Both the position numbers and the translations under genes were made by a program. DNA of 64,000 nt from Octopus vulgaris (taxonomy: Eukaryota): contig OX597823.1 of the NCBI GenBank assembly GCA_951406725.2, positions 117,490,001-117,554,000 on the forward strand. The letters are read 5' to 3'. The stretch's first letter is position 1; each line of letters opens with the position of its first letter. Of this stretch, positions 50,160 through 64,000 are shown piece by piece. Under the pieces are notes generated by a model. That model ran no database searches. It was not told where the DNA came from and saw nothing but the letters and a program-made list of their open reading frames with translations.

Positions 50160-50386
50160 AAATTAAAATGACAAAGGTATAAGAAAATATGTGATGGACA
50201 TCATTAGCTTATAGCTGTTTCTACTGTAAACTGCAAGGCATTCATAGTTGGATGCTTGTGTAACATTATATAGCTTCATCAGAGTTTTATAAATGAAGAG
50301 CATTCCTTTATGAGTGCATAGCATACTTTTTATAGCAGAAACAGCTGTTAGCTAATGAGTTTCTTATTTCCTTGTTATTTTAATTT
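50160..50386. mobile_element. Fold-back element with hammerhead motif
   Basis: Inverted arms 50160..50230 and 50328..50386; minus strand CTGATGA-A-GCTATA...GAAAC-AGCT-ATA; plus arm TATAGC-A-GAAAC-AGCT-GTT-agct. Confidence 0.62.
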
Positions 50387-50835
50387 CCTGAGTGTGTGGT
50401 GTGTGTGTGTGTCTATGTCTGTGTGTGTGGGCATGTGTGTGTGTGTCTGTGTGTGTGTGTCTATGTCTGTGTGTTGCCATGTGTGTGTGTGTGTAGGTAG
50501 GAGCACTCTGTCAGTTACAATGATGATACAATCTACAGAACAGATTGCTCGTGAAATTAATGTGGCTGAGCACTCCACAGACATGTTTACCCTTAACGTT
50601 GTTCTCAGGGAGATTCAGCATGACACAGAAGGTGGCAAGGCTGGCCCTTTGAAATATAGGTACTACTCATTTTGGACAGCTGAGTGGACTGAAGCATCAT
50701 GAAATAAAGTGTCTTGCTCAAGGATACAATGTGTCACTGGGAATTGAACTCATGACCTTTCGATCACAAGCCAAATGCCTTAACCAATAAGCCATGCACC
50801 CTACTCACCAAAGTGTATGCATGTATATATGCATG

Positions 50836-50927
<92 letters not shown>

Positions 50928-51227
50928 TGTATGTATATATAAGGTGTCACACAGTTGGACTGAACCCGGAACCATGTGGTTGGTAAGCAAGCTACTTACC
51001 ACACAGCCACTCCTGCACCTTATTATTATTATTATTATTCAAGTGGTGACCTGACAAAATCATTAGTATGTCTATATGTTTTGAGATCAAATGATCAAAT
51101 GCCAACAAGGTTGACTTTCATCTCTTTTCTTTTTGGCATCAGTAAAATGTGTACCAGTTGAACACTGTAATTGACTAGTCCCCACCCTCCTCAAAAATTC
51201 AGATCTTATGCCTATAGTAGAAAGGAT

Positions 51228-51682
51228 TATTACCTTGTGTACAAAAGTGAAGCAGAGTATTGTAATCACTTATCTTTGTCTGTGTGTTTGCAAAATTACT
51301 GGAAAATGGCTGAATGGATTTTCATCACATTTGGTAGAAATACTCATTGGGCGAGTGGCTCAAAATGATGAACATTTGGTTTGATTATCTTCAAAAATAA
51401 GATTAAATAATGATCGAAATTGCAAACTTCCCGATAATCAAGTGGTCATATTATTTTGTTCACTTTCTCTTTCATATGGATTGACCCTTGTCTGCATGTG
51501 TATAGATCACAGTGTACCTATGTACATAGACGCATGTGCGTGCACACATGCATAAATATATACATATATATATATATGTGACTCTGTGAGTGTGTGTATG
51601 TCTATACAGTGATGGATTCGAGGGTTTACAAGTTGCAAAGCGTCCAATGGACAAGCCTGGCTATATTGTCGTGGCATCTCTT
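51228..51682 (+). mobile_element. Helentron-associated (DINE/HINE-like) element
   Basis: ttattacc start; tgtctgtgtgtttgcaaaattact...tgaatggattttcatcacatttggt core. Confidence 0.5.
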
Positions 51683-52681
51683 ATATTCCTTATTATTATT
51701 ATTATTATTAAAACAGCAAGTGGGCAGAAACAATTAGCAGCATTTCTTTTGGCTCTTAACATTCCAAGTCCAAATTCTGCCAAGATTGGCTTTGCTTTTC
51801 ATCCTTTCAGAGTCCCTAAATAATAAGTACCAGCCAAGTGCTGAGATTCACGTAATTTGCTAACCACCACTCACTAAAATGGCAGCCTTGCATCAACATT
51901 TGAAACTATTATTATTATTATTATGATTCTCGGCCTAACAGGCCAATCTTAATAACAAAATTATTATTATTATTATTATTATTATTATTGTTATATCTCT
52001 TATTATTATTTCTTTCATATCATCTTAATCGATCTTTGCTTTGTAATGTTTCATTTATGGGAACCATTACATCAAGATTTTTACGTCTTTCTATGCTGAC
52101 ACAACAATGATTGAACTTCTATACGAAATAAATACACAAACATCCCTGGGAAACAACAACAACAGAAATGATAATGCAAAAGTACTCACAAGAACAATAG
52201 TACCATTAAAAAATTATTTTCTATCAATGGAAAGTCTAAAAGACTCTAAAAAATGTGTTATTTGACATATATGTACACACATACACCCACGTACACACAT
52301 ACACACACACAAGCAAATTTTTAAAATTCACAAAATAGTTTACTTCCACAAATATACATGTACAAATATATGCATACATATTAGTTCATACACTCATACA
52401 TTCGTACACATATACGTACATACACATATCTATAAAGAAGAGAATTCAAAATGAGGAATAACGATGAAGAGACCAAAATGTCAATCTAAGCGCCACCAAC
52501 ACAACCCTTCAATGCTTCTAAAATGTTAACTGTTAATTTTTTTAGCTTCAGGGAAACTCTCTTCTATGAAATTACAAAACAAAAAAAAAATGTATTCCAT
52601 CCATTAGTTGTGCTCTAGTTACACAGAAATCAGTTTTCATTTTAAGTTCTCGGTTAGTTTTACCATCAGTTTCTTAGAATA

Positions 52682-52843
52682 GACACAGGAGTGGCTGCGT
52701 GGTAAGTAGCTTGCTTATCAACTACATGGTCCCCGGTTCAGTCCCACTGTGCGGTACCATGGACAAATGTCTTCTACTATAGCCTCAGGCTGACTAAAGC
52801 CTTGTGAGTGGATTTGGTAGATGGAAACTGAAATAAGCCTGTC

Positions 52844-52900
<57 letters not shown>

Positions 52901-53353
52901 CTTGAGTGTCTGTATTTGTCTCCCCACTATCACTTGACAACCGATGCTGGTGTGTTTACATCCCCGTAACTTAGCGGTTCGGCAAAAGAGATTGATAGAA
53001 TAAGTACTAGGCTTACAAAAAATAAGTCTTGAGGTTGATTTGCTCGACTAAAGGTGGTGCTTCAGCATGGCCACAGTCAAATAACTGAAACAAGTTAAAG
53101 AGTAAAAGAGTATGTGTGTGTGTGTGTGTATGTGTCTATATGTTTGTGTGTCTGTGTTTGTCACCCCCACCATCGCTTGACAACTGATGTTGATATGTTT
53201 ACGTCCCCGTAATTTAGCGTTTCGGTAAAAGATACCGATAGAATAAGTACAAGGCTTACAAAGAATAAGTCCTGGGGTTGATTTGTTTGACTAAAAGTGA
53301 TGCTCCAGCATGGCCACAGTCAAATGACTGAAACAAATAAAAGAATAAAAGAA
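52682..53353 (+). mobile_element. SINE family 1 with a tandemly duplicated 3' half
   Basis: One head followed by two body-plus-tail units. Confidence 0.9.
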
Positions 53354-53521
53354 TACAATTCTAAATGGGACAGAATGAACTGCACAGTATTAATCTACAT
53401 CAAGTAAAGTAACTACAATGAAAGAAAACTGAAATTGTCCACCACTGATGCTTCAATGAGTTCAATTCACAGTTGATCAGAGGGAGACAAAAATCTGATG
53501 CTTATAGAGAGAGAGATGTGA

Positions 53522-54515
53522 ATCTTTTCTACTCTTGGCACAAGAGTAGAATTTGTGGGGAGTGGGCCAGTCGATTAGATCGACCCCCAGTATACAACTG
53601 GTACTTAATTTATCAACCTTGAAGGGATGAAAGGCAAAGTCGACTTTGGCCGAATTTGAACTTAGAATGTAAAGACAGACGAAATACCTCCAAACATTTT
53701 GCCTGGCGTGCTAACATTTCTTATTTCTTTATTGTCCAGAAGGGGCTGAACATAAGAGGGGACAAACAAGGACATACAAAGAGATTAAGTTGATTACATC
53801 GACCACAATGCGTAACTGGTACTTAATTTATCGACCTTGAAAGGACAAAAGGCAAAATCGACCTCGGCGGAATTTGAACTCAGAAAGTAGAGACAGACGA
53901 AATACTGCTAAGCATTTTCCCCTGCGTGCTAACATTTCTGCCAGCTTGCCACCTTAGATAGAGGGAGAGGCATGATTGTTGGTTTAATGTTAGGTTACAG
54001 AAACTTAACTCTGACTTATGGCAGTTGGTTTATTGCAGTGTTATGATGTCTGAAATTAACAGATAAAGGAAAATGTGATTTTAAGGTGTTTATGCCTTTC
54101 TATAAACTTTATTGGTTTCAAATTTTACTCAAGGCCAGCAGTTTGGGGGGAGATCAGTCAATTACATTAACCCCAGTGTTCAACTGGTACTTATTTTATT
54201 GACCCTGAAAAGATTAAAGGTAAAGTTGACCTCAATGGAATTTGGATTCAGATCCTAAAGATGGACAAAATGCCGTTAAGCATCTTGTCCAGCTTGCTAA
54301 CAATTCTTTCAGCTCATTGCCTTTTATTGCTACCAAATATTCTTTTCTACCTGAGGCACAAGGCCTGAAATTTTGGGAGAGGGGTTCAGTCAATTAGATC
54401 AACCCCAGTATACAACTGGTACTTAATTTATCAATCCTGAAAGGTAAAGATGACCTCGGCAGAATTTGAACTCAGAACGTAAAGACAGACATACTAAATT
54501 TTCTGCCAGCTCACT
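53522..54515 (-). mobile_element. Cluster of four SINE family 2 copies (Meta/MESC-like core)
   Basis: Repeated aactggtacttaatttatcgacc...gaaaggcaaagtcgacc...gaatttgaactcagaa. Confidence 0.85.
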
Positions 54516-54862
54516 TTATTATTGCTACCAAATATTATGTACTGTTTCACAAACACTCTCCCACACACACACACGTATTCCACACACACACGTTTCATAC
54601 AAGTTACACACACGTATTCTATTTATCAACTAAGTATAGGGATACTGTCACAATGCAACCATAAACAAAATACTTACTCTCCAAAATACAATATCGGAAC
54701 ACTTCAGTCTCCTTCGCCTCCTCCTTCTCTTTTATCTATTAACAATCCCACAATTCTCTAGACCCAGTAAAATAACAAAAGTTCATTTCACAAAACTGAA
54801 AACTGTTTTGGAAACTTGGTTATTTCAGTTCATCATTCTTTGATATTTATCTCTTCTTTCAT

Positions 54863-54894
<32 letters not shown>

Positions 54895-54955
54895 ACACAC
54901 TCTCCTGCCTTCTTAATGCTTGCTCTACCTCCCTCTCCACTCTTTTTCTCTACAT

Positions 54956-55097
54956 CAGGCATGAGCAACTTTTTTGTTCAAGAAGTGGCCCACATGGGAA
55001 ATGGTTCATTCTCAAGTGGGCCACACTATCAAAAAAATTAAAGGTAATTTTTCTTTAAACCATTCAAAAAAATCTCACAAGCCACAGTTTGCCCTTG
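54956..55097. mobile_element. Short hAT-like MITE
   Basis: caggcatgagcaact.../...gccacagtttgcccttgac termini. Confidence 0.5.
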
Positions 55098-56491
55098 ACT
55101 AATCAATAATAAAGAAATACAAACACCATCTGTAGAAGTGAGGGACTCCAATGCTCTTAAAAGATAAGTTTCATTAAAAGCCACAAAGTTGATATTGAGA
55201 ATTGAAAAATTCAGTCTCTGTCGAAATCCCAGTTGTAGCCAGTCTACAACTGCTGGAATGATAATCGTGATGCCTCACATCCTACATTCCAAGCTCAGTC
55301 ACCAGGGCGAGGAACTGGTGGAACTCTAACGATGTCAGTTCACATGCTTTGTGTTTTGTGCTGCTTCTTTCCATCATGGCCTACTTGGGTCGTCATCATC
55401 ATCATCATTTTAAAGTCCACTTTTCCATGTTTATATGGATTAGACAGAGTTTGCTGAGGTAGATTTTCTACAATTGGCTGCCCTTCTGGTCACCAACCCT
55501 CATCTGTTTCCAAGCAGAGTAACATTTTCCCCATGGCCAGACATATTTTTGCAGAATAGCAGAAATGAAGGATACTATTTGTATGATACTCATTTACACC
55601 TATCATATGATGCCAAGGGAAGGAGACACAAACATACACACGTACACACACACACATACACACATACACACAACATATGCAAATGTATAGAGAATAGGTT
55701 TCTGTCAACCAAATCCATTCACAAGCCTTTGTTTGCCTGGGGCAGTTGCCCAAGGTGCCACAAAGTGAGATTGAACCTAGAACCATATGGTTGGGAAACA
55801 AACTTCTTAACCACACAACCATTCCTGCACTTCACCTTACAGATTGAATTGACACCCAGTTTAATACCACTACCAGGCATCTTAGACATCATTAATGGGG
55901 TCCACTCTGTCATAAACTATCCGACCAGATCTTCTGCTAATAGACTCAGAGGTTCTGCAAAGTCTTGTGGCACACTACCTCACCCCCAACTTGACTAAAA
56001 GATTTTTTAAAAAAACATATCTTGTCTGTTCTGTGTGCACCTGAAATAAGGCTCTGGTCAAACTTCAGTATCTTAGGGGTGAGCAACACAGCTTTGCCTT
56101 TACTGTGCTAGGTATGTTGTTTTAGAATTTAATCATCACTATTGTTGTTTGGCTCCAGACCAGTCCTAATTGAGTCTACCTTTGGTCAAATATGTTCCAA
56201 CCATGACCACCCCCAACATCTTTAGAAGTATATCTAGGATTACCTTCTCCAAAGTAACTTTTCTTTATTTAAACCGGCCATATCCAGCCCAGATATTTTA
56301 CCTGTTTTAGGTTCACACTTACCCCATAATGTCATTCTAGAAATAGACAATTACATCACTGAAATATTGTAGCTGCAAGCTAATACATAATTAATTCAAA
56401 ACAATATAAATAAATATACATTACATTTGACAGAATAATCCAAATGCTAAAGGGTTAAGATGGCAGGGTGTGATTAGTGGAAGATTTAAAT

Positions 56492-56811
56492 TAGTGGTTT
56501 TCAACCATTTTTTATCTGTGTGTCCATTTGATAACTATTTTATCTTGATGGACCCCCATAGCCATTCAATATTTAAAAACTAGTTTTATACATACTTCTT
56601 TTAAAATTCCTATTTTGGTTTTCATATATTCACTTATCTAGGTCGAACTATGTAAAACATTAAGGAAAGAAACCTCACCATTTCTTGCAATAAATGCATT
56701 TAAATCAAAAGTTTTCATGGACCCTTAAAATATTATTGTGGGTCCCCAATTTACTATTTTGCTAACGTGGACCCCAAAAATCTTATAATGGACCCTGGTC
56801 GAGAACCACTG
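56492..56811 (+). mobile_element. hAT-like MITE
   Basis: tagtggttttcaacc / ggtcgagaaccactg TIRs; imperfect 8 bp TSD atttaaat/attttgat. Confidence 0.78.
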
Positions 56812-57539
56812 ATTTTGATGCAATTCAAAATAGGTCAAGTGTCCATATAGATACCCCCGCTCTCACTCAATTTCAGAGTGAAACCATGAAGTTATACTTT
56901 TACAAATTGCAGGAATTTTATTGAGGGAAATTTGGTTGTTACATTGAACACTTGAAGTCTACGTTGGTGGATCAACAGTTTGCTATGTCTATAAATTAGA
57001 AAATAGAAAATAGATGGAGATTATGTAGGTGTGTGTATTTTTGTCGCTCACATTGACTATAAACCACAACATTTCATGTCCATTTTTACATGGGTTGGAC
57101 AGTTGTGCATAAAAGAATATTTTTATGCATCCCTAGTTTGTGTCATTTCTTTGAAACTGTTCAGTGGTGTATTTATAGGTTTATTAATGCTTTATTTTTA
57201 TTTATTTGATTCTCATTTTTTTTTCCATCTTCTCAACTTCAAACATTTCCCGCTGACAGAAAAGCTCCAAATGTGAAAACAACTTCTTTTATTTGTTCCA
57301 CCCTTAGATCTTTATTTTTAACCAAAGATTTACAAAGGGAGGTTGAGGGTGAGCTAAAGAGATAGAGAGAGAGAGGGAAAGAGAGTTGAAAATACAGAAA
57401 AAAAAAATACACAGAATGACAGTGAAGGCAAGTGAGAGAGAGAGAGAGAGAGAGAGAGTAGTGGGGAGAGATTTAGGTGAGGGTGAGGTTTGTAATCTGT
57501 GATATTTGCCACTCAAGCCACACATCAAAACTACAAAAA

Positions 57540-58600
57540 TTTCAAAAGAAACAACTGGCAACAGTAATAACAGTGATGCCTAAAACTACAACAACAACAA
57601 CAACTACAACAACTCTAGCAACAATAACAACAGCAGCAGCAGCAAGAACGTTAATGTTGGTTTAATGCTCATTTATCAGTGCTGCCGTTGTATAAAACAA
57701 GATCCACAGCAAAAACAAGTTCAGATTGTTGTCAGTTTAATGTCTGTTTTTATTCAAAGATAGCAGCACGTATTGTTGTGGGACAGAACAACAACAACAA
57801 CAACAATAAAAACAACAGCAATAACAGTAGCAGCCGAAGTAAAATCACCACCACCACCATCAACAACAACAACAACTACATCAGCAGCAATGGCAATCAG
57901 TAACCACAACAACAATAGCAGCAATAGTACAAAAAACAACAACAATAACTTCATTGACTACAACAACAGCAACAACAATAAGCAAAATAACGAAAAGCAG
58001 AGCCACCACGACAACTACAACATTAGCAATAACACCAGCAACAGCACATGTTTCTGTGTTGAAACAAAATGAAATAACAGCAACAACAAACTACAAAGAG
58101 CAGAGCATAGCATACCTCACTGACTACACCCAAACACACCACCACCACCACCACCACCACCACCCAAACACACCGCCTTCATGCACATCGCTGCCCAAAC
58201 TATAAAATAAAAGTATTTAAAAAACAAATATATATAATACCTGGACATTGGAGGGACACTGTTGTTGTTGTTGTTGTCAGTTGCAATCTATGCAATCTCT
58301 GTCATAATATGTGAGGTGGGGTGCACCTGCACATACACTGCCATCACCATCACCACTCCACCAACACCAACACAACCCTTTACATCACCATTGTAATCGA
58401 TACCTACATGCGGCACCCACGACATCACTCTTCCGCAACACCCCACCACTACCACCACCAATGACACCCACCAAGCCAACACCATGCCCAGGGACATTCC
58501 AACACCACCCCACCCCCACCACTGCTACATTCACACATCAACCACCACCACTACCAACCATACCATCCCCAGAATACTGTTACACAACCATTCTGCTGCA
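57540..58600. repeat. Degenerate (AAC/ACC/AGC)n low-complexity region
   Basis: Direct inspection. Confidence 0.85.
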
Positions 58601-60699
58601 GTAATAAACCAACAAGAGATCTCCTAAGTAGCTGTTCAGTGGGCAAGAAATAGCAGCCAAATCTCTCCTAGCTTACATCATATGTCTTAGAAAAGAATGG
58701 CACACTACATAGTGGGGCAATCATTATGTCTGGTAAAAAGATGAGATGTTCATGGTGGAAAGGCTTTGATCATAGTTCTGTTTAATCAGGCCTGACCTGG
58801 GGCTAAATAACAATGACATCCTTCGAATACTCTTCCTGACTTCTCAGTTTATCTGTCACTCGGTCGGTTACGACGAGAGTTCCAATTGATCCAATCAACA
58901 GAACAGCTGGCCAGTGAAATTAACATGCAAGTGGCTGAATACTCCACAGACACACATGTGACCTTAACATAGTTCTCAGGCAGATTCAGTGTGAAACAGA
59001 ATGTGACAAGGCTGGCCCATTGAATTACAGGTACTGCTAAATTTTGGCAGTTGAGTGGACTGGAGCAACGTGAAATAAAGTGTCTTGCTCAAGGACACAA
59101 CATGCAGTCCGGTCTGGGAATTGAACTCATGACTTTATGATCATAAGCTGAATACTTTAACCACTTAGCCACGTGCCTTCATCCTCAGTTTATTCAAACA
59201 AGCAAGCATACGTGCATACATACGCTATTCACAAAAACACATGCACACACACACACACATATGCAGCAATATTGATGTTATTAACTCTATGTTAGGTCAC
59301 TAGAGGTAGCAACTCTACCTGAGTGGCCATCACCACCATAACCACCTCTACCACTGCCACCACTGCTGCTGCCACTACCGCCACCACCACCACCACCACC
59401 ACCATCACTACCACTACCAGAACAAAGGAGAGAGAAAGCCAATGTGTGGTCAACTGACTTGTTAGAAAGAGCAGTTGAATCTCTTCCAAACTTACTGTCT
59501 TAAGTAAGGAAACGCCCTTAGATAGTGTAGTCCCAGACATCTACTTGGTGGCTATGGTTGGAATGGCTTTGATCGACCTAGGGTTAAAGAACAGCAAACT
59601 GAATAAAGGAAATGATGCTTAAACAACCTGGTTACTGGTGTGGTACATCTGGAGCAACACAGATCTGGTATATCCAGATCTTCCATCATTTAGTCATGCG
59701 ACTGACAACCTTACTCTAACAGACATCTGTTAGCATTCACAACAACAGCAACAACAAAAACAATAGGATCATAACTTTGATATTTGCTTTCCTATCATGT
59801 TATCACAGGTTCAGTGGGTCTCAACAGTAATAACAACAACAACAACAGTGTGTAATGACCGTTTGCACAAGCTGTTGTAGTTTTTAAGGGGACATCAACA
59901 ACAACATAACCAAAAACAATAATAACAGAAAACAGCAGCAGAAACATCAATAACAACATCAATAAAAAACAACAACAACAACAATTGTAGGAACAAAATC
60001 AATAGCAATGAAGCCCCTTCAAAATCTGGTCTAATGTCCATTTTGGCAAGCTGTGATGATCAGGATACAAAAAAAAAAAGAAAAAAACAAACAAACACAG
60101 TGACATTAACAGCAAGAACATTAATAGCTGTATCTACAACAACAACAACAAGAATAGTAGCAATAACAAAGCAATTGACCGTTTTTTTTAATTCTTTAAT
60201 TAGGAGGGGGGAGGGAACGGGGAAGAAGAAGGTGAGTGGAAGAAAGACGAGGAAGAACTAAAGAATAAAGCTAAAGAGAGAGAGGAGGAGAAGGAAAGGG
60301 AGGAGGAGGAAGGGGAGGAGAAGGAAGAGGAGGAGGAGGAATAAGAGAAATGAATATTGAAAGAAGACAGAGGAATGAGATGGTCTCTAATAGGAGGCTA
60401 TAAATATAACTACCCCCACCACCGATATCGCTACCACTATTACTACTACTGCCACCACTACCACCACTACGACGACCACCTTCACTGCCACCACTCCATC
60501 GCTACTACCACCACCACCATTAATATTCAGCCGCATCCCTCTCTGATCACTGGTATTAACAAGGGAAGGACAGACACTTTGTTATAGTTGTCCTAAATAT
60601 ACAAAACGACAGGATGGTCATGGTTGGAATGTGTTTTATCAGAGCTGACCTAGGGTTAAACAACATCAACAATAGACACAAATATTTCAATGGTCTTCA

Positions 60700-60721
60700 G
60701 CAAACAGACACACAAACATAT

Positions 60722-60769
<48 letters not shown>

Positions 60770-61007
60770 GGAAAGTTTATGAAAATAAACAAAAGACGAA
60801 GGCAGGTGGTGTACAAAACAAACAGATGTATTAGTATAGCACTCAGGAATATATATATATGACGAGCTTCTTTCAGTTTCCGTCTACCAAATCCACTCAC
60901 AAGGCTTTGGCCGGCCCAAGGCTATAGTAGAAGACACTTGCCCAAGGTGCCACACAGTGGGACTGAACCAAGAACCATGTGGTTGGTAAGCAAGCTACTT
61001 ACCACAC
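60700..61007 (-). mobile_element. SINE family 1 with an ~85 bp foreign insert (60767..60850) in its (TA)n
   Basis: SINE body on both sides of a non-SINE insert flanked by TA repeats. Confidence 0.8.
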
Positions 61008-61079
61008 CAGCAGATAAGAAGAACACAATAAATTAATTGCTAAATATATTATACATGAATATTACATGTATAATCCATG

Positions 61080-61291
61080 CAGGGGTGGGCAAATGTAGGT
61101 ATACAGTTGCTTAATATGAGTGGAATGTTCTTTTCCCAAGAAATCATAAAAGAGAACTTCCAGTGAAGTAGGGATCTCCCACTAATCCGTTAGTCAATTT
61201 ATGAATCACTTACCTGAAAAAGAACATAGGGGAATGAAAAGAACATTCCACTCATATTAAGAAGTTGTATACCTACTTTTGCTCACCCTTG
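61080..61291. mobile_element. Tc1/mariner-type MITE with ~55 bp TIRs
   Basis: caggggtgggcaaatgtaggtatacag...ttaatatgagtggaatgttctttt and its reverse complement. Confidence 0.88.
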
Positions 61292-61962
61292 TAAATAATA
61301 CAAGAATACCCAGCAGACAACCACGGTCAATAAAACAAACAAAATTTTAGAATTTATTCTTTGTGCTACATGGCACCAAAGGTCCACAGGACGATACTGG
61401 TTTGTAGTCAGGTGGTTGGAGACCCCTGTTTTAAGGGACACCATATAACTGACACTTTAGTTACATCATCACAGATGAGACTAGTTACAGCATAATAAAT
61501 TGACATGTAAGTTCATAATTGACATGTATTATCATATACGATACCGTTGCATGTGATACTGTAGTTACATCATCACATGTGACACTCTAGTTACCTCCTC
61601 ACACATGACATTGCTTTCAAATTTTGACACAAGGCCAGCAATTTCGGGGAGGCATAGGTTGATTAGAGTGATCCAGTGCTCAACTGGTACTTATTTTATT
61701 GACTCTGAAAGGATGAAAGGAAAAGTTGGCCTTGGTGGAATTTGAACTCAGAATATAAAGACAGATGAAATGCCACGAAGCATTTTGCCTGGCATGCTAA
61801 CAATTCTGCCAGCTTACTACCTACTCCTCATAGGTCAACCCTATGATCATAGGTCAACTCTATGATAATGTAGTCCCAGACAGTAGATGTCTGGGACTAC
61901 ATTATCTTAGGTCATTTCATTATTTAAGACAGTAAGATATGGAGGAGATATGAAGTAAGATA

Positions 61963-62197
61963 TGGCGGCGAGGAGCTGGCAGAAACATTAGTACGCTGGG
62001 TGAAATGTTTAGCAGTATTTCGTCTGCCACTACGTTCTGAGTTCAAATTCCACCATGGTCGACTTTGCCTTTCATCCTTTCAGGGTTGATAAATTAAGTA
62101 CCAGTTACACATTGGGGGCGATGTAATCGACTTAATCCCTTTGCCTGTCATTGTTTGTCCCCTTTATGTTTAGCTCCTTGTAGGCAATAAAGAACTA
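61963..62197 (+). mobile_element. Full-length SINE family 2
   Basis: ggcggcgaggagctggcagaa head, gagttcaaattcc box B, core gtcgactttgcctttcatcctttcagggttgataaattaagtaccag; inverted copy at 61612..61820. Confidence 0.88.
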
Positions 62198-63636
62198 AGA
62201 TATAGAGGAGATTTGACTGCTTTTTCTAACAAGTCAATTGACCACACACTAATGCTAGTGCCACAATAAAATGTACTGAGAACACCCTGGGTGCATTTTA
62301 TTGCATTTGATTAAAAGAAGAGGATCCAATCTTGGGAACCAAGTAAAAAGAAAAAAAATGGGATGATGGGGAAGAGATTGTCATTGAAGCTTTGTCTCAG
62401 AAGCCAGAAATCCCTAAAAAGAACCAACTTTGATGACTCATCCAACTTATGTCAATGTGGAAAAGCGCATATAAGTGGTGATGATGATGATGATGACAAT
62501 GACGATGACGATGATGATGATGACAATGTTGGTGGTGGTGGTGGTGGTGATGATGATGACGAATTCGACAATGACGATGATGATGATGATGTTTCATGCG
62601 ATATAACTATATTGTCACATGTTACAATGCAACTACAGTGTCAATCAGTTTGATGTAACTGCAGTTTCGGTTGTGTAACTATAATGATGGAGTTACAGTT
62701 TTCTGTCGTAACTGTAAGCAAAGAAAGACCTGACAGCGAAAATATTGCAATAAAATTTGCTAATCTCAATCAATGAGTTCAACAAAAAGCATTTTCATGA
62801 AATATATCTATCTGTAAGGTGATTCGACTAGCAACGGCTGCCAGTCATCGAATTTGATTTCGATTTTGATTTGACTTGCCTGAACAGGTCTTCGCAAGCA
62901 GAGTTTAGTGTCCAATGAAGGAAAGGTACGCATAAGTGGGTTGGTTACACCCCTGGCATAGGCCATGGGTTATGGTCTCACTTGAGCTTGCCGAGTCTTC
63001 TCATTAATTTTAAAATTTAGTTGACACAAAAGCAGAGGATTTCAATAAAAATATGGTAACAATATAGGGTTAATTAGTATTGCCTTTTGGGCTAAACCCC
63101 AAGAAGTAGTATACCTTGCTGGAATGCCTTTGAACATAGCACATATTTGATTTAGAGTTGAGCTTGGGCTAAACAAAACAAACATCAATAACAACAACAA
63201 TATCAATAACAATAATATGAACAACACCAACAACATGAACATCATTAACAGCAACATCAACAACAACAACAGCAGCAGCATCCTGGTTTCGTGATGAAGT
63301 TAAACTTTTGGTTCAAGCTATTTGAACCTTCACAGATGTGAAAATTCAAGAGGAAGGTGGGGTCAGAAACAAACAACTAGGCATTAGTTTGTTTTTCTTT
63401 TACAAAAATTATCTTAGAAACACAGAGTTTTTATTTGTTACACATTATTTGTTAAATATAATCGAACATTCTACCATTCCAACTTCTAACCAGCACTTGT
63501 CAGCTGAAAAGTACAGTGATTTTGAATCTAAATTCCATCTCAGAGATTTTCTTACCATTTTTAAAGTGATGCCAAATCTCAAAGAAAATCAAAAAAGAAA
63601 CTGAATTACATACATACATATATATACATACATAGA

Positions 63637-63668
<32 letters not shown>

Positions 63669-63726
63669 CATACATGCATACATATATATACATACATGCA
63701 TACATATATACATACATACATACATA

Positions 63727-63775
<49 letters not shown>

Positions 63776-64000
63776 ACAAAAATCTATTGAATATTTATGA
63801 TAATCTATCTATAAAATTTGTGTTTTGTTTTTTTTCTTCTGATTCTGCCATTCCGTTGGCCTTCCCTCCTCATTCAAGAACCCTTGTTTGATTTATTTTC
63901 ACGTGGATCCATCCATCAAAAACATTTAATCAAAGCAGGCCTCATTCTGCCTCTGCACTCGCTCTTGTCGAGAAGTTAGCAAGGTAATGGCATAGAATGA

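Noticed and set aside
57773-58604. Thr/Asn/His/Pro-rich ORFs
   Set aside because: Trinucleotide low-complexity DNA that is open in several frames on both strands.

Overview
AT-rich, microsatellite-dense animal DNA. The SINE/LINE repertoire looks like a coleoid cephalopod, probably an Octopus species (inference). I can support no intact host protein-coding gene. The window is mostly transposable-element debris: mariner, Tc1 and DD37D DNA transposons, hAT- and piggyBac-type MITEs, Helitrons, RTE, CR1 and R4-like LINEs, Penelope GIY-YIG remnants, several tRNA-derived SINE families and a truncated 5S rRNA copy. The most interesting signal is a set of unrelated short non-coding elements inserted as head-to-head fold-backs, often in (TA)n tracts. 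Their arms reconstruct to minimal type I hammerhead ribozymes (6.5, 42.3 and 50.2 kb, partial at 5.2 kb). One of them is a tRNA-headed SINE carrying a hammerhead. Together with the Penelope endonuclease remnants, this suggests Penelope-mobilised ribozyme SINEs/retrozymes. There are also several near-identical inverted duplications. Coordinates were read by eye and may be off by a few bases.
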